In this document: in pieces, positions 11,814 through 22,994 of the stretch | Layout: every line of letters begins with the position of its first letter | Numbering within the stretch: the first letter of the stretch is position 1 | NCBI GenBank assembly: GCA_030390025.1 | Contig: CM059432.1 | Span: 127,908,001-127,972,000, forward strand | Length of the DNA stretch: 64,000 nt | Direction: 5' to 3' | From: Squalus acanthias | Lineage: Eukaryota | Translations under genes and position numbers: made by a program | The notes under the pieces: generated by a model | What the model was told of the DNA's origin: nothing | The model's database searches: none | Seen by the model: the letters and a program-made list of their open reading frames with translations, nothing else

Positions 11814-12369
11814 TTTCAAATAAAACTGTTGGACTATAACCTGGTGTTGTGCGACCTCTCAATTTTGTCCACCCCAGTCCAACACCGGCATCTCCGCATC
11901 ATGACCTCTATTTATAAACCCAGGTAACCCATATGCTTTTTTTTAACCACCTTATCAACTTGCCCTGCTACCTTTTAAGGATATAATACATTTGTACTTA
12001 AATATCAAAACTTTGCACCATTTGGGAATCTGAGAAGTAGTGTTGTTTGGAGCATAGGAGATTTAATGCATTGCAGGCCGAGGAGCTGGGAGATGCAAAA
12101 CTTAGATGCACCACCACTGGTGGGAAGGCACTTTACACCGTGATACGTTTATGTAGACATTTTCCATTATAAATATGGAGACAGGAATTTATAATGTGAA
12201 AAGTTGACAGGAAGTGTGCATAGATGTATAATTGTTAGTATAGATAATTTGTCTTGTTTTCTGTGCAGTGTAATGAAGGAAAACTCTTAATTTTAAAGAA
12301 ATGATAAACTAGTTCCTTACTGAGATTAAGTAACTTCTAGATACCAAACATTATGCCAATGAATTAAAA

Positions 12370-14519
12370 ACTGATAACGGTGATATTGTCAATGATAAGG
12401 ACATGGAAGACATGTTGAATAATTACTTTGTGTCAGTATTTAAAGTAGAGGAAGAGAATAGCATGCCGGAAATCCCAAAGAAACTAATATTGAATCAGGG
12501 AAAGGGACTCCGCAAAATAACTAATGAACAAAATAATGGCACTAAAGAGTGACAAATCCCCAGGACCAGATGGTTTCCATCCCAGGGTTTTAAAGGAAGT
12601 AGGTGAGCACATTGCAGATGCCTTAACTATAATCTTCCAAAGTTCTCTTGATTTAGCAACCGTTCCTTTAGATTGGAAAATTGCACATGCCACTCCGCTG
12701 TTTAAGAATGGTGAGAGAGGGAAACCAGGGAATTATAGACCAGTTAGCCTAACATCTGATGTTGGGAAATTACTAGTCTATAATTAAGTATAGGGTGACT
12801 GAACACCTTGAAAATGATCAGCTGATCCCAGAGAGTCAGCATGAATTTGTAAAAGGTAGGTCATGCCTGACGAACCTGATTGAATCGTTTGAAGAGGTGA
12901 CTAAAGTAGTGGACGGGGGAATGTCTATGGATGTTATTTATATGGACTTCCAGAAGGCATTTGATAGTCCCTCATAAGAGACTGTTAATTAAGGTTGAAG
13001 CCCATGGAATTGAAGACAAACTACAGGAAACTCGTTTAAACGGCACCTAAATATCCGGAATTCTCTAATAACCAGCAAAATTCATACTCCGAAAACAACA
13101 CCTCAATAACCGGAAATGTTGCCGTGGCCGAGTTAGTCAGTGGGGGTAGTTCTCCAAACTGCCACTACTCTGCTTCTTGCCGCTGTTGGAAGTCTCTTCC
13201 GATTCGAACACCTCAATAACCGGAAATGTTGCCGAGTCAGAGTCCATTTAACACAACATTCTGTAGGTGAGTACCCAATTATACTGCACATTTCTTGATT
13301 TTTAAAAATTTTTGTTTGTTAAAAATAGCCTCGGTAGATATACTTCAGTTATCCAGAATTTTTAATCAACCGGCACCATCCCTGTCCCATCGGTGCCGGA
13401 TAGGAAAGAGTTTCCTGTATTGACTTGGTTAGGAAATTGGCTGAGCAGCAGGAGACAGAGAGTAGGGATAATGGGCAGGTACTCTAATTAGCAGGATGTG
13501 ACTCATGGTGTCCTGCAGGGATCTGTGTTGGGCCCTCAACTATTCACTCTATTTATTAACGACTTAGATGATAGCATAGAAAGCCACACATCCAAATTTG
13601 CCGACGACACAAAGATAGACGGCATTGTAGGCAGTGTAGATGAAAGGATAAAATTACAGAGATAATAGATTTAAGTGAATGGGCAAAACTGTGGGAAATG
13701 GATTTCAATGTAGGCAAATGTGAGGTCATCCACTTTGGACCTAAAACGGATAGAACTGAGTACTTTCTAAATGGTGAAAAGCTAAAAACAGTGGAGGTCC
13801 AAACAGACTTAGGGGTCCAGGTACATAGATCATGAAAATGTCATGAACAGGTACAGAAAATAATCAAAAAGGCTAATGGAACGCTGGCCATTATATTTAG
13901 AGGACTAGAATACAAGGGGTAGACGTTAGGTTACCGCTATAAAAAGCCCTGGTTAGACCACACCTGGAGTACTCTGAGCAGTTCTGGGCACCACACCGTA
14001 GGAAGGATATATTAGCGTTGGAGGGAGTGCAGCATAGGTTCACCAGAATGATACCCGGACTCCAGGGGTTAAATTATGAGGAGAGATTACACAAACTGGG
14101 GTTGTATTCTGTGGAATTTAGAAGGTTAAGGGGTGATTTGATCAAAGTTTAAAATATTAAGGGGAACAGATAGGGTAGATAGAGAGAAACAATTTCTGCT
14201 GATTAGGGAGTCTAGGACGAGGGGGCATAGTCTAAAAATTAGAGCCAAACCTTTCAGGAGTGAAATTATGAAACACTGCCACACACAAAAAGGGTGGTAG
14301 AAGTTTGGAACTCTCTTCCGCTAACGGCAATTGATGCTAGATCAATTGTTAATTTTAAATCTGAGATTGATAAGACCTTTAACAAAAGGTATTAAGAGAT
14401 ATGGGACAAAGACAAGTATTTGGAGTTAGGTCGCAGATTAGCCATGATCTTATTGAATGGAGGAACAGGCTCGAGGGGCTAAATGGCCTACTCCTGTTCC
14501 TATTTGTTATGTTCTTATG
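12370..14519 (+). mobile_element. CR1 LINE ORF2 3' half, interrupted by a MITE
   Basis: KSPGPDGFHPRVLKE, NYRPVSLTS, SCLTNL, YMDFQKAFD, KFADDTK; CR1 tail ending TGTTATGTTCTTATG. Confidence 0.92.
13024..13417. mobile_element. Tc1/mariner (pogo/Tigger-like) MITE
   Basis: TIR CAGGAAACTC / GAGTTTCCTG with TA on both sides; removal restores the CR1 (CAAACTATTGACTTGG); internal direct repeat AACACCTCAATAACCGGAAATGTTGCCG. Confidence 0.85.
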
Positions 14520-15625
14520 TACTCAAATCCTCTTGTAATAAAGGGCAACATACCATTTGCCTTCCTAATTGCTTGCTGTACCCTGCATGTTAACTCAGTG
14601 ATTCGTGTACAAGGACACCCAGGTCCCTCTGAACACCATCATTTCCCAATCTCTCAGCATTTTAAAAAATACTCTGCTTTTCTATTTTTCCTACCAAAGT
14701 GGATAACTTCACATTTCTCCACATTATATTCCATTTACCATGTTCTTGCCCACTCACTTAGCTTGTCTATATCCCCTTGAAGCCTCTTTGCATCCTCTCC
14801 TCCTTACAACTTACATTCCCAGCCAGCTTTGTATCATCAGCAAACTTGGATATATTACATTTGGTCCCCTCATTCAAATCATTGATGTAGATTGTGAATA
14901 GCTGAGTTCGACGCACTGATCCTTGCGGTACCCCACTAGTTACAGCCTACCAACCTGACCCGTTTATTCCTACTTTCTGTTTTCTGTCCGTTAACCAATC
15001 CTCAATCCATGCTAGTATATTACCCCCAATCCCATGAGCCCTAATTTTGTTTAATAACCTCTTGTGTGGCACCTTATCGAATGCCTTCTGAAAATCCAAA
15101 TACACCACATCCACTAGTTCCCCCTCAACTATTCTGCTAGTTACAACCTCAAAAAACTCTTAACAGATTTTGTCAAACACGATTTCCCTTTCATAAATCC
15201 GTGTTGACTCTACCCAATCCCATTATTATTTTCTAAGTGCCCTGTTACCACGTCCTTAATAATAGATTCTAGCATTTTCCCTACTACTGATGTCAGGCTA
15301 ACTGATCTGTAGTTCCCCGTTTTCTCTCTTCCCTCCTTTCTGAAAAAGTGGGGTTACATTTGCTACCTTCCAATTGGTGGGAACCGTTCCAGCATCTATG
15401 CAATTTTGGAAAATGACAACCAATGCATTCACTATCTCTATAGCCACCTCTTTCAAAACCCTAGGTGTAGGCCATCAGGTCCAGGGGATTTATCGGCTTT
15501 CACTCCCATTAATTTCTCCAGTACTATTTTTTTTTTTTACCTAATAATTTCTTTCAGTTCCTCATTCTCACTAGAGCCTTGGTTCTCCACTATTTCCGGA
15601 GGTTTTTTGCATCGTCATCCATGAA
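14519..15625 (-). mobile_element. CR1 LINE RT fragment, inverted relative to its neighbour
   Basis: Minus strand encodes GVPQGS, FADDTK, FQKAFD-type motifs. Confidence 0.88.
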
Positions 15626-16164
15626 AACAGTGTGAATCCAGTGTGAAATATATTTTTATCCTGAATTTTATGAATGAAAATAAGCTATTACAATCTGATT
15701 CACTGAGAATGAGCAGTTCTTTGCTAGGTTATTCAAACTTTAATGAAAATTTTCCATTGAGGGACATATTCTGTTAAAAGATAGAATCTCGACTACTATT
15801 CTTCTGTATGGATTCAGGTTTTCCTTCAAATATGGTGTAACAGGGGCATTTGTACATAGTGAATATTTAGTATTGCCAGAATATCTTATTTTTTCCACTT
15901 GGTTATTGACAACTTAGCTTCCCTAAAACTAATTATTTATCAAGGAGTGAGAGCTAAATGTTACCTGTTGAGGAATAAAAACCAAAGCTTTTGGAGAGCT
16001 AAATCAAGTTTTCATTCACGTTGGGCCTTAATGTTTAGATTTACAAAATGTCTGCTTGCTCCTCTTCATAGCTTGTAGCGAAGGAATCCTGGTAGGCCAC
16101 CTCAAACTGTGAAAATTTTTTAAAATTGGAATGAAGTTGTCTTTTATCTGATGAAACTGCCATC

Positions 16165-18320
16165 GTGCTAAATGGGATAGATTCAGAACAGATCTAGCAA
16201 CTCAAAACTGGACATCCATGAGGTGCTGTGGGCCATCAGCAGCAGCAGAATTGTATTCCATCACAATCTGTAACCTCATGGCCAGGCATATCCCTCACTC
16301 TACCATTACCATCAAGCCAGGGGACCAACCCTGGTTCAATAAGGAGTGTAGAAGAGTATGCCTGGAGCAGCACCAGGCATTCCTAAAAATGAGTTGCCAA
16401 CCGGGGAAGCTGTAACACAGGACTACATGCATGCTAAAAAACAGAAGCCGCATGCTATAGACAAGGCTAAGTGATCCCACAATCAACTAATCAGATCGAA
16501 GCTCTGCAGTCCTGCCACATCCAGTCGTGAATGGTGGTGGACCATTAAACAACTAACGGGAGGAGGAGGCTCCATGAATATCCCCATCCTCAATGATGGT
16601 GGAGCCCAGCACGTGAGTGCAAAAGACAAAGCTGAAGCGTTTGCAACCATCTTCAGCCAGAAGTGCCGAGTGGATGATCCATATCGGCCTACTGCTGAGG
16701 TCACCACCATCACAGAAGCCAATCTTCAGCCAATTCGATTCACTCCATATGATATCAAGAAACGGCTGAGCGCACTGGTACAGTAAAGGCTATGGGCCCC
16801 GACAAAATCCTGGCTATCGTGCTGAAGACTTGTGCTCCAGAACTAGCCGCGCCTCTAGCCAAGCTGTTCCAGTACAGCTACAACACTGGCATCTATCCGA
16901 CAATGTGGAAAAGTGTCCAGGTATATCCTGTCCACAAAAAGCAGGACAAGTCCAATCCGGCAATTACCTCTCCATCAGCAAAGTGATGGAAAGTGTCGTC
17001 GATAATGCTATCAAGCGGCACTTACTCACCAATAACCTGCTCACTGATGCCCAGTTTGGGTTCCGCCAAGACCACTCTGCTCCCGACCTCATTACAGCTT
17101 TGGTCCAAGCATGGACAAAGGAGCTGGATTCCAGAGGTGAGGTGAGAGTGGCTGCCCTAGACATCAAGGCAGCATTTGACTGAGTCTGGCATCAAGGAGC
17201 CCTAGTAAAATTAAAGTCAATGGGAATTGGGGGGAAAACTCTCCACTAGCTGGAGTCATACCTAGCACAAAGGAAGATGGTTGTGGTGGTTGAAGGTCAA
17301 TCATCACAGCCCCAGGACATCACGGCAGGAGTTCCTCAGGGCAGTGTCCTAGACCCAACCATCTTCAGCTGCTTCATCAATGACCATCCCTTCAACATAA
17401 GGTCAGAAATGGGGATGTTCGCTGATGACTGCACAGTGTTCAGTGCCATTCACAACTCCTCAGATAATGAAACAGTCCATGCCCGCATGTAACAAGACCT
17501 GGACGACATTCAGGCTTGGGCTGATCTGTGGCGCAAATGTTACCTGCCACTAAAGTGTCGGGCAATGACTATCTCCAACAAGCGAGAGTCTAACCACCGC
17601 CCCTTGACATTCAACGGCATTACCATCGCCGAATCCACCACCATCAACATCATGGGGGGGGGGGTCACCATTGACCAGAAACTTAACTGGACCAGCCACA
17701 TAAATACTGTGGCAACAAGAGCAGGTCGGAGGATAGGTATTCTGCGGCGAGTGTCTCACCTCCTGACTCCCCAAAGCCTTTCCATCATCTACAAGGCACA
17801 AGTAAGGAGTGTGATGGAATACTCTCCACTTGCCTGGATGACTGCAGCTCCAACACGCATGAAGCTCGACACCATCCAGGACAAAGGAGCCCGCTTGATT
17901 GGCACCCCATCCACCACCTTAAACATTCACTCCCTCCACCACCGGCATACCGTGGCTGCAGTGTGTACCATCTACAAGATGCACTGCAGCAACTCCCCAA
18001 GGCTTCTTCGGCAGCACCTCCCAAACCCGCGACCTCTTCCACCTAGAAGGACAAGAGCAACAGGCGTTTGGGAACATCACCACCTCCAAGTTCCCCTCCA
18101 AGTCACACACCATCCTGACTTGGAAATATGTCGCCGATCCTTCATCATCGCTGGGTCAAAATCCTAGAACTCCCTACCTAACAGCATTGTGGGAGTACCA
18201 TCACCACGGACTGCAGCGGTTCAAGAAGGCGGCTCACCATCACCTTTTCGATGTCAATTAGGGATGGCCAATAAATGCTGGCCTTGCCAGCGATGCCCAC
18301 ATCCCATAAACTAATTTTTT
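16165..18320 (+). mobile_element. Second CR1/L2-group LINE family, 5'-truncated
   Basis: [60 protein letters not shown]; tail GGGATGGCCAATAAATGCTGGCCTTGCC. Confidence 0.9.
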
Positions 18321-20419
18321 TTTTTTAATTCCCAGTTTACAGCTTTAATATTTATTTTGGCATTCCTGATGAGCAAAAGTTGAAATGATCTAAATATGAA
18401 ATCTCTAACTGTTAACCCTATCTTTTTGATACTTTAGTTTTAAAATGTTTGATTTCTACTAAATGTTGACAATTTGATTCATGTTTTTATGTTGGATCAC
18501 TAATTCTCAAAGCAGCTTTTTGTAGTCCTGACCTAGTTTTCTGGGTGGTCAGAGTTAGGTCGAGGTTCAGTGTAATCCAGAGTAGCAGATAGTCACTTCC
18601 CACATTTTGTCTGACCCTTGGGTCTGAGTACTTGCTGACTACAGCTGGTGTTAGACTGGTGAGGTCAAGCACATCATGGGAATTGAAGCTGCTGCTGTGA
18701 TAAGTAGGCCATGCCCTCAGTTATATCTAGGAGCTCTTTGCCTGCACTGTCGATGGACCAGCTGTCCCATGTGGGATGTTGTGTTGAATTCCTGCAGGAT
18801 CAACATACCATTTTCAAATTGGAGAATTCATCTGAATGGTGGAAGAGTCCTTGGTACAGATACAACACTTTAGTAGAACTCCTCATTCCAGGTAAACTTG
18901 GGCTACTACACACTCCAGTCTACAGATAGTGCCAGAGACATCAATTTCACTATACTTACTTTAGCATAGAGGTTGCATTAGATTTTTTGATGGGTTAAAA
19001 TGAGTTGATCGCCTGTGTGTTGCTCATGGGGTAGATTATGTAAAGTATTGGTTTGGAGCATTTAAAAACAAAAATAATGTGAACAATGCTGTTGTGTATA
19101 TACTCAAATGTAAAGAGATGATTAAAATATAGGATAATTAAGGACTAATGGTAACAGTTACCATGGGAACATGATCACCAGGGACCAATGAGCAGAGACT
19201 AAATCACATGGTTTTCATGAATAGATATTCTCTCGGCAGCATTCGTGACATTTGCTTGACACTTGCCTTTGAATAAACTTTCTCGTGTCTGTCATCTGTG
19301 TCGTACCTGGTCAGTTTTCTTCCTCATCAGTTAAGTTTCTGTCCTTTTCTCCCTTTTAATTAGTTATTTTCTACTTTTGGTTATTCATTCTATCATACTA
19401 GGCAAAATCTTTCTCCCCAATTGTATTCCACCGAAGAAAAATTATATAATGACACTATCAAAATATTTTCCCGATATTTCAACAACAAAAGAATCTCCAA
19501 GATGCAGCTGCAATGATAATTCCTCATCCACGTCACTATATACACTTACCAATGAAAACAAAAATCAAAATAAATCCCAAACTTAACCATGAACTCTCTT
19601 CCAACAGGTCTTTCTCCGCTTTTCCCAGACAAGTAAACAAAATCTTATCAGCTCTCTGAATATCACTAGTTGCTCACGCAATACTTAGATTGTCCACAAG
19701 CTAGGTAAGTGTTGGGTTCAGAGGACTGTTGTAACCAAACAAAATATCTATCTGCAAGAGTCAGTCTCTGATCTAACAGACTAAAATTCCCAAGAACTGC
19801 TACTGAGCCACAGCTCTAATGCATGCACAATTGAATGGGCTTCTATCTTTTGGCTGGAAAATTATTCGGTAGTACCAAAATTTTCTTTTATTTGACTAAA
19901 AAGTGATTTAGGAAAATTTGTATAAACAATTCTCAACTAGAAGTAAGAAGAGAAAAATCCAAGCCGTATTGCAAAACTGGGGGGAGTGAGGACTGCTTGA
20001 AAAATAAGCATTTCTCTTGTGGCTTTTGGGAGTAATGACTGAAATATAGACCAAAACACTTAGGTAAAACTTTGATTCTAAACTCGTAACTCAATTAAAA
20101 TAATGTTCGCTAAAAGCAGAGCAAGAATGAATTTGGATCTTTGAAGGACTTGTTTATTTTTGGCTGGTTAGGAGTAAATAGAGAAGTGCATAAGGTAGGC
20201 AGAAAGCTGAATTACATACAATACCTTTTTTCATGGGCACTGTGGTGAATGGGCTTTGTGCAGACTATGTCAATCTTAATAAAACTTGAACTGTCAAATG
20301 ATCGTTGCTTCTTGACAAAAATCTACTGAGCAAGAATAACAGATTTTACTTTCAGAAATTATTTTTACGTATATTACACTCTGCCTGAGTCAATTTGTAA
20401 ATTAACTGCATTGGATGTT

Positions 20420-20752
20420 AGCCTTGGCTCAGTGGTGACAGTCTTGCCTCTGAGTGAGTAGATTGAAGTCCAATTCAAGAAGTTGTGTAAATGATCTAGG
20501 CTGACACTTCAGTGCATTGCTGAGGGCATACTGAACTGTTGAAGGTCCTATCTTTCAAGTGAGTCGTTAAACCAAGGCTTTGTCTGCTCTCTCGGGTAGA
20601 TGTAAAAGATTCCTTGGTAGTATTCAAAGCTGTTCTGATGTCCAGGTCAATATTTATCCTTCAACCAATATCATCGAAAGAGTTTATTTGGCTATTAATC
20701 TCATTGCTGTTTGTGGGACTTTGCTGTGTGAAATTTGGCTGACACGCTTCCC
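20420..20752 (+). mobile_element. Deu-domain SINE (SacSINE1/AmnSINE-like)
   Basis: Head GCCTTGGCTCAGTGG; core CTCATTGCTGTTTGTGGGACTTTGCTGTG shared with 25574 and 53120 copies. Confidence 0.75.
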
Positions 20753-20895
20753 TTCTCTCTGGCCCGCCTTTTCTCTCTCTCTCTCTCTCTCGCGCTTGCC
20801 TGCCTTTTCTCTCTCTCTTTCTCTTTCGCTGGCTGGCTCTCTCTCGCTCGCTTGCTTGCCTTTTTGCTCGCCTTTTCTTTCTCTCTCGCTCTCTT
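20753..20895. repeat. Imperfect (CT)n/CTCG pyrimidine microsatellite
   Basis: Direct reading. Confidence 0.9.
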
Positions 20896-22853
20896 GTTAA
20901 ACAAAACACTGAATCCAAAATTTGAGTAAGTGTGTGGCGGGTTTGTAATCTACTTTGTGATCCTCAAAACATGCTGTATTGTAACATAAAACAAAGAAAA
21001 AGATGAAGAAAGAAAGACTTCAATTTATATAGTGCCTTTCAGGACGTCCCAACACACTTTACAACCAATGAAATACTTTTGAAGAGTTGTCACTGTTGTA
21101 ATACAGGTTGTATAGAAATAAGTTTCGGAAATTTTAAAAGATATATATATATATGATATTGTCTGTGGTAATGTGTCTCTGCAGAGTTAAATAGGAATAC
21201 TGAATTTAAATTTCCATGCTTTTGATTGTCAGCATGGGAAATTCGTGTGGGCTATGCAAGTCAGCTGAACTGTAAATGTAATTGATGTAAAATTGTAACA
21301 AAGGATATGCGTACCTTTTTAGTAAAACGCAATGAAGAATATAGAGGCTCTTGTTAGAATGAAAATAAAACTATGTAGTCTGGAGAGTCATTCGGTATGC
21401 TCGTTTTAAACATTATACTTTTTAGGTTCAAGAATTAATTTGTAAATAAACCTTTATATTTTAGGGTGAAAGCCAATATAAATCATCACGTGATGTTTAG
21501 GCATTGTAACCTGGATTTTTCCAGGTGTAGGAAGTTGATGCAGTATTTCACAGTTGACAACCATTTAAAAAAAAATTCAGCTCAGCTAACCTACTTTTTA
21601 GGACATTGTGAATTTTATGTGTAGACTCTCTTAAATTTATTATATGATGCACATCACCAGTACACAAGTATTTTTAATTCCATACATTTGTCATCATTTT
21701 AGAATAGAAATTACTGTCAGCAATGTTACTGCACAAATGCTAAATGGGTGAACATCATATGGTAACATTGCCAATAATTTCTGCCATATAATGCCATAAG
21801 GATGAATTCCAATCCTGATTCAGATAGTGATAATTACCATGGCATAGAGCATCCCAACAAAGTAGCTGCAGTCTATTAGTTGTAAATTATTGCATTACTA
21901 CAACTTAATATTAATTTGTCCTTGTGTAAAGAGCATTTTGGCTTCTCAAAGATGCTCGCTATGAAAAAATCCAAGAGAATAACTTCAAACTGTAGAGTCC
22001 ACCTTTGACCAACTTCGAGTTAAGATCAGTTCTTATAGTTTAACTAAACCATTTACAAAAGTATCTTTTACTTATCTAATACATTGGAGCCATAATAAAA
22101 CTAGAATTCAAAGATAAGTACAACGGTATAGTAGACTATAAGGGATGACACTTCCAATAATTTTTGCAGAACTGTTGGGTCTGGGAGAGGAGCAGTTGTA
22201 AGAAACATTCCTTATCCGTCCTGAGGGCAATTGGAATAGATCACAGGAGCAGGTCACTTAACACAAGAGCTGCTAATAAGGGGTGAATAGCATATACTGA
22301 CTCAACAAGCACAAAAGGATACAAATGGGGTTGGAGCAATGCAGAAAGAAAAGGAAATGAAGAAGAAATAGCACTGCAAGAATTGGCACCTACAAGGGGC
22401 CAGAGACATTCTGGAGATGCTGAAAGCCATCACCACTTTTCAGGGAAGGGATGCAGAGGGACCACATGGTATTTAAAAAATTATTTCACTGCACTGAATC
22501 GGTACTGTCCCATAATGTTTCCATACAAAATGACAATGACTACACTTTGAAAGTAATTAATTGGCTATGAAGCACTTTGGCATGTCCTGGGGATGGAAGA
22601 GGTACTATATAAATGCTATTTCTTTGTTTCTAGTGGGATGGAGATTGATAGAACCTTTTGTATATGAAAGAATCTGCATATATCCCCAAGAAATAGAATT
22701 GATCTTGGTTGAAGCAGAAACTCTCATGACTGCCACAAAATGTAAACTAGAGATTAGAACTTGGAGCAAAATAGCTGTTCCATTCCTGCACCAGGTAAAG
22801 GCCAAAGGTGAAGGTCCAATCAAGCTAAGCTGGGCAGATCAAATGTAAAATGG

Positions 22854-22994
22854 ACAGAACCTCATTGTTTTTGAATGCTCCTGGTCAGTATTCAAACTTG
22901 TGTTGCAGAAGTTTGGCACTTTGTATAAAGTGTGAGATCCTGCAATACAAGTTTTATTACTGACCAGGAGAATTTAAAAACAATGAGGTTCTGT
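22854..22994. repeat. 141-bp imperfect palindrome, probably an old MITE
   Basis: ACAGAACCTCATTGTTTTT...CACTTT-GTAT-AAAGTG...AAAAACAATGAGGTTCTGT; arms pair over their full length with scattered mismatches. Confidence 0.8.

Larger units (their letters stand above)
11412..11904 (+). mobile_element. Non-autonomous fold-back Penelope-like element (family A)
   Basis: Inverted arms 11412-11634 and 11644-11866 (223 bp, no mismatch seen), 9-nt loop, 38-nt tail on the right only, TSD CCTCTATTTATAAA (11401-11414 / 11905-11918). PLE identity comes from termini shared with the GIY-YIG-bearing copy at 34064. Confidence 0.88.
10803..11982 (-). mobile_element. CR1 LINE 3' fragment interrupted by a PLE palindrome
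   Basis: CATAGAATCATAGAA tail and CR1 C-terminal homology; sequence resumes after the 14-bp TSD. Confidence 0.85.

Noticed and set aside
11412..11866. DNA-transposon MITE interpretation of the palindrome
   Set aside because: One-sided tail, variable 12-14 bp TSDs, hammerheads and a GIY-YIG remnant in the sister copy indicate a PLE.
20580..20929. Low-complexity ORFs (LSLSL/RERER)
   Set aside because: Translations of the CT microsatellite.
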